Positions 63,082 through 64,000 of a DNA stretch of 64,000 nt are shown piece after piece. The DNA is from the human T2T-CHM13v2.0 reference genome, Homo sapiens. Under the pieces are notes generated by a model that saw only the letters and a list, made by a program, of their open reading frames with translations, had not been told where the DNA came from and made no database searches. The translations under genes were made by a program, and so were the position numbers. How positions within the stretch are numbered: position 1 is the stretch's first letter; each line of letters opens with the position of its first letter. The DNA lies in assembly GCF_009914755.1 (NCBI RefSeq), contig NC_060935.1; one strand, written 5' to 3'.

Positions 63082-63794
63082 CAAATAAGTGCATGAAAAT
63101 GTGCTCCGCATAATTAGTAATTAGGAAAATGTAAATTAAAACCCACGAAGTAACACTATATACTCCTTGGAATGGCAACAGTTTCCATGTCGAGTGCTGG
63201 CAGGGGTGGCAGAAATGGAACTCTGTACACCACTGGTGGGAGAGAAAATGGTATGGCCCCTGGGGAAATCGGCGTGGCAGTTTCTTATAAAATTAAGCGT
63301 ACACTTAGCATAAGACTCAGCAATCCTACTCAAAGACATTTATCCAAGTGAAATAAAAATCTGTGTTCACACAAAAACCTGCATAGGAATGTTTGTTTGT
63401 AATTGCCAAAAGCCAGAGAAAGCCCAAACTGCCCCTCAACTTGGGATAAAGTGTGGATAAAAGTGGATAAACTGTGGCACATCTGTAATTGGGAGTCCTA
63501 CCTCGCAAAGCAAGGGGCAAACCATAGAGGCACACAACACGAACGAATCTCAAGGCATCAGCCTACGTGAAAGAAGCCAGGCTTGGAAGATTCCCTGTTG
63601 TATGATCCCAGAACGTACGGCATTCTGGAAAAAGCAATATTACAGAAACAAGAAAAAGATCACTGGTTGCCAGGGCCTGGGAGTGGGGAAAGAACGTTTG
63701 ACCACAAAATGGCACCGGGGATTTGAGTGGAGGTGACACGACTGTATGGTTGCTAAAAACTCATAGAGCTGTGAATGTTACCTCATCATCATCA

Positions 63795-64000
63795 TTATTA
63801 TTATTATTTTGAGATGGAGTCTCGCTCTGTCACACAGGCTGGAGTGCAGTGGCACGATCTTGGCTTACTGCAACCTCCACCTTGTTTGGGTTCAAGCAAT
63901 TCTCCTGCCTCAGCCTTCCTAGCAGCAGGGATTACAGGTGCCTGCCACCACGCCCGGCTAATTTTTTGGTAGTTTTAGTACAGATGGGGTTTCACCATGT
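63795..64000 (-). mobile_element. AluS, truncated by window end
   Basis: ttttgagatggagtctcgctctgtc... Confidence 0.9.

Overview
Primate (human-like) genomic DNA: dense Alu/L1/LTR repeats and one clear protein-coding gene, a single-exon ultra-high-sulfur keratin-associated protein (46785-47174, +, 129 aa) that I recognise as KRTAP5-6, placing the window at 11p15.5. The dominant structure is a ~6.7-7.8 kb inverted segmental duplication (arm A 8878-15532, arm B 32621-~40450) around a 17.1 kb spacer; by locus knowledge these arms carry the lncRNA paralogues FAM99A (+) and FAM99B (-), whose exon limits I cannot derive. Each arm hides a 31-codon degenerate KRTAP5 gene head antisense to the lncRNA, and three tandem repeats whose lengths differ between arms. 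Breakpoint flanks look swapped, suggesting the spacer is inverted relative to the ancestral state. Also present: a ~1.9 kb 9-bp G-rich VNTR grown inside an MLT2 LTR, strong co-oriented CTCF motifs, and several unusual retroelement junctions. Nearly all other ORFs in the track are repeat-derived or chance ORFs. I found no evidence of a wholly new biological system; repeat subfamily calls and old-L1 boundaries are by eye and approximate.
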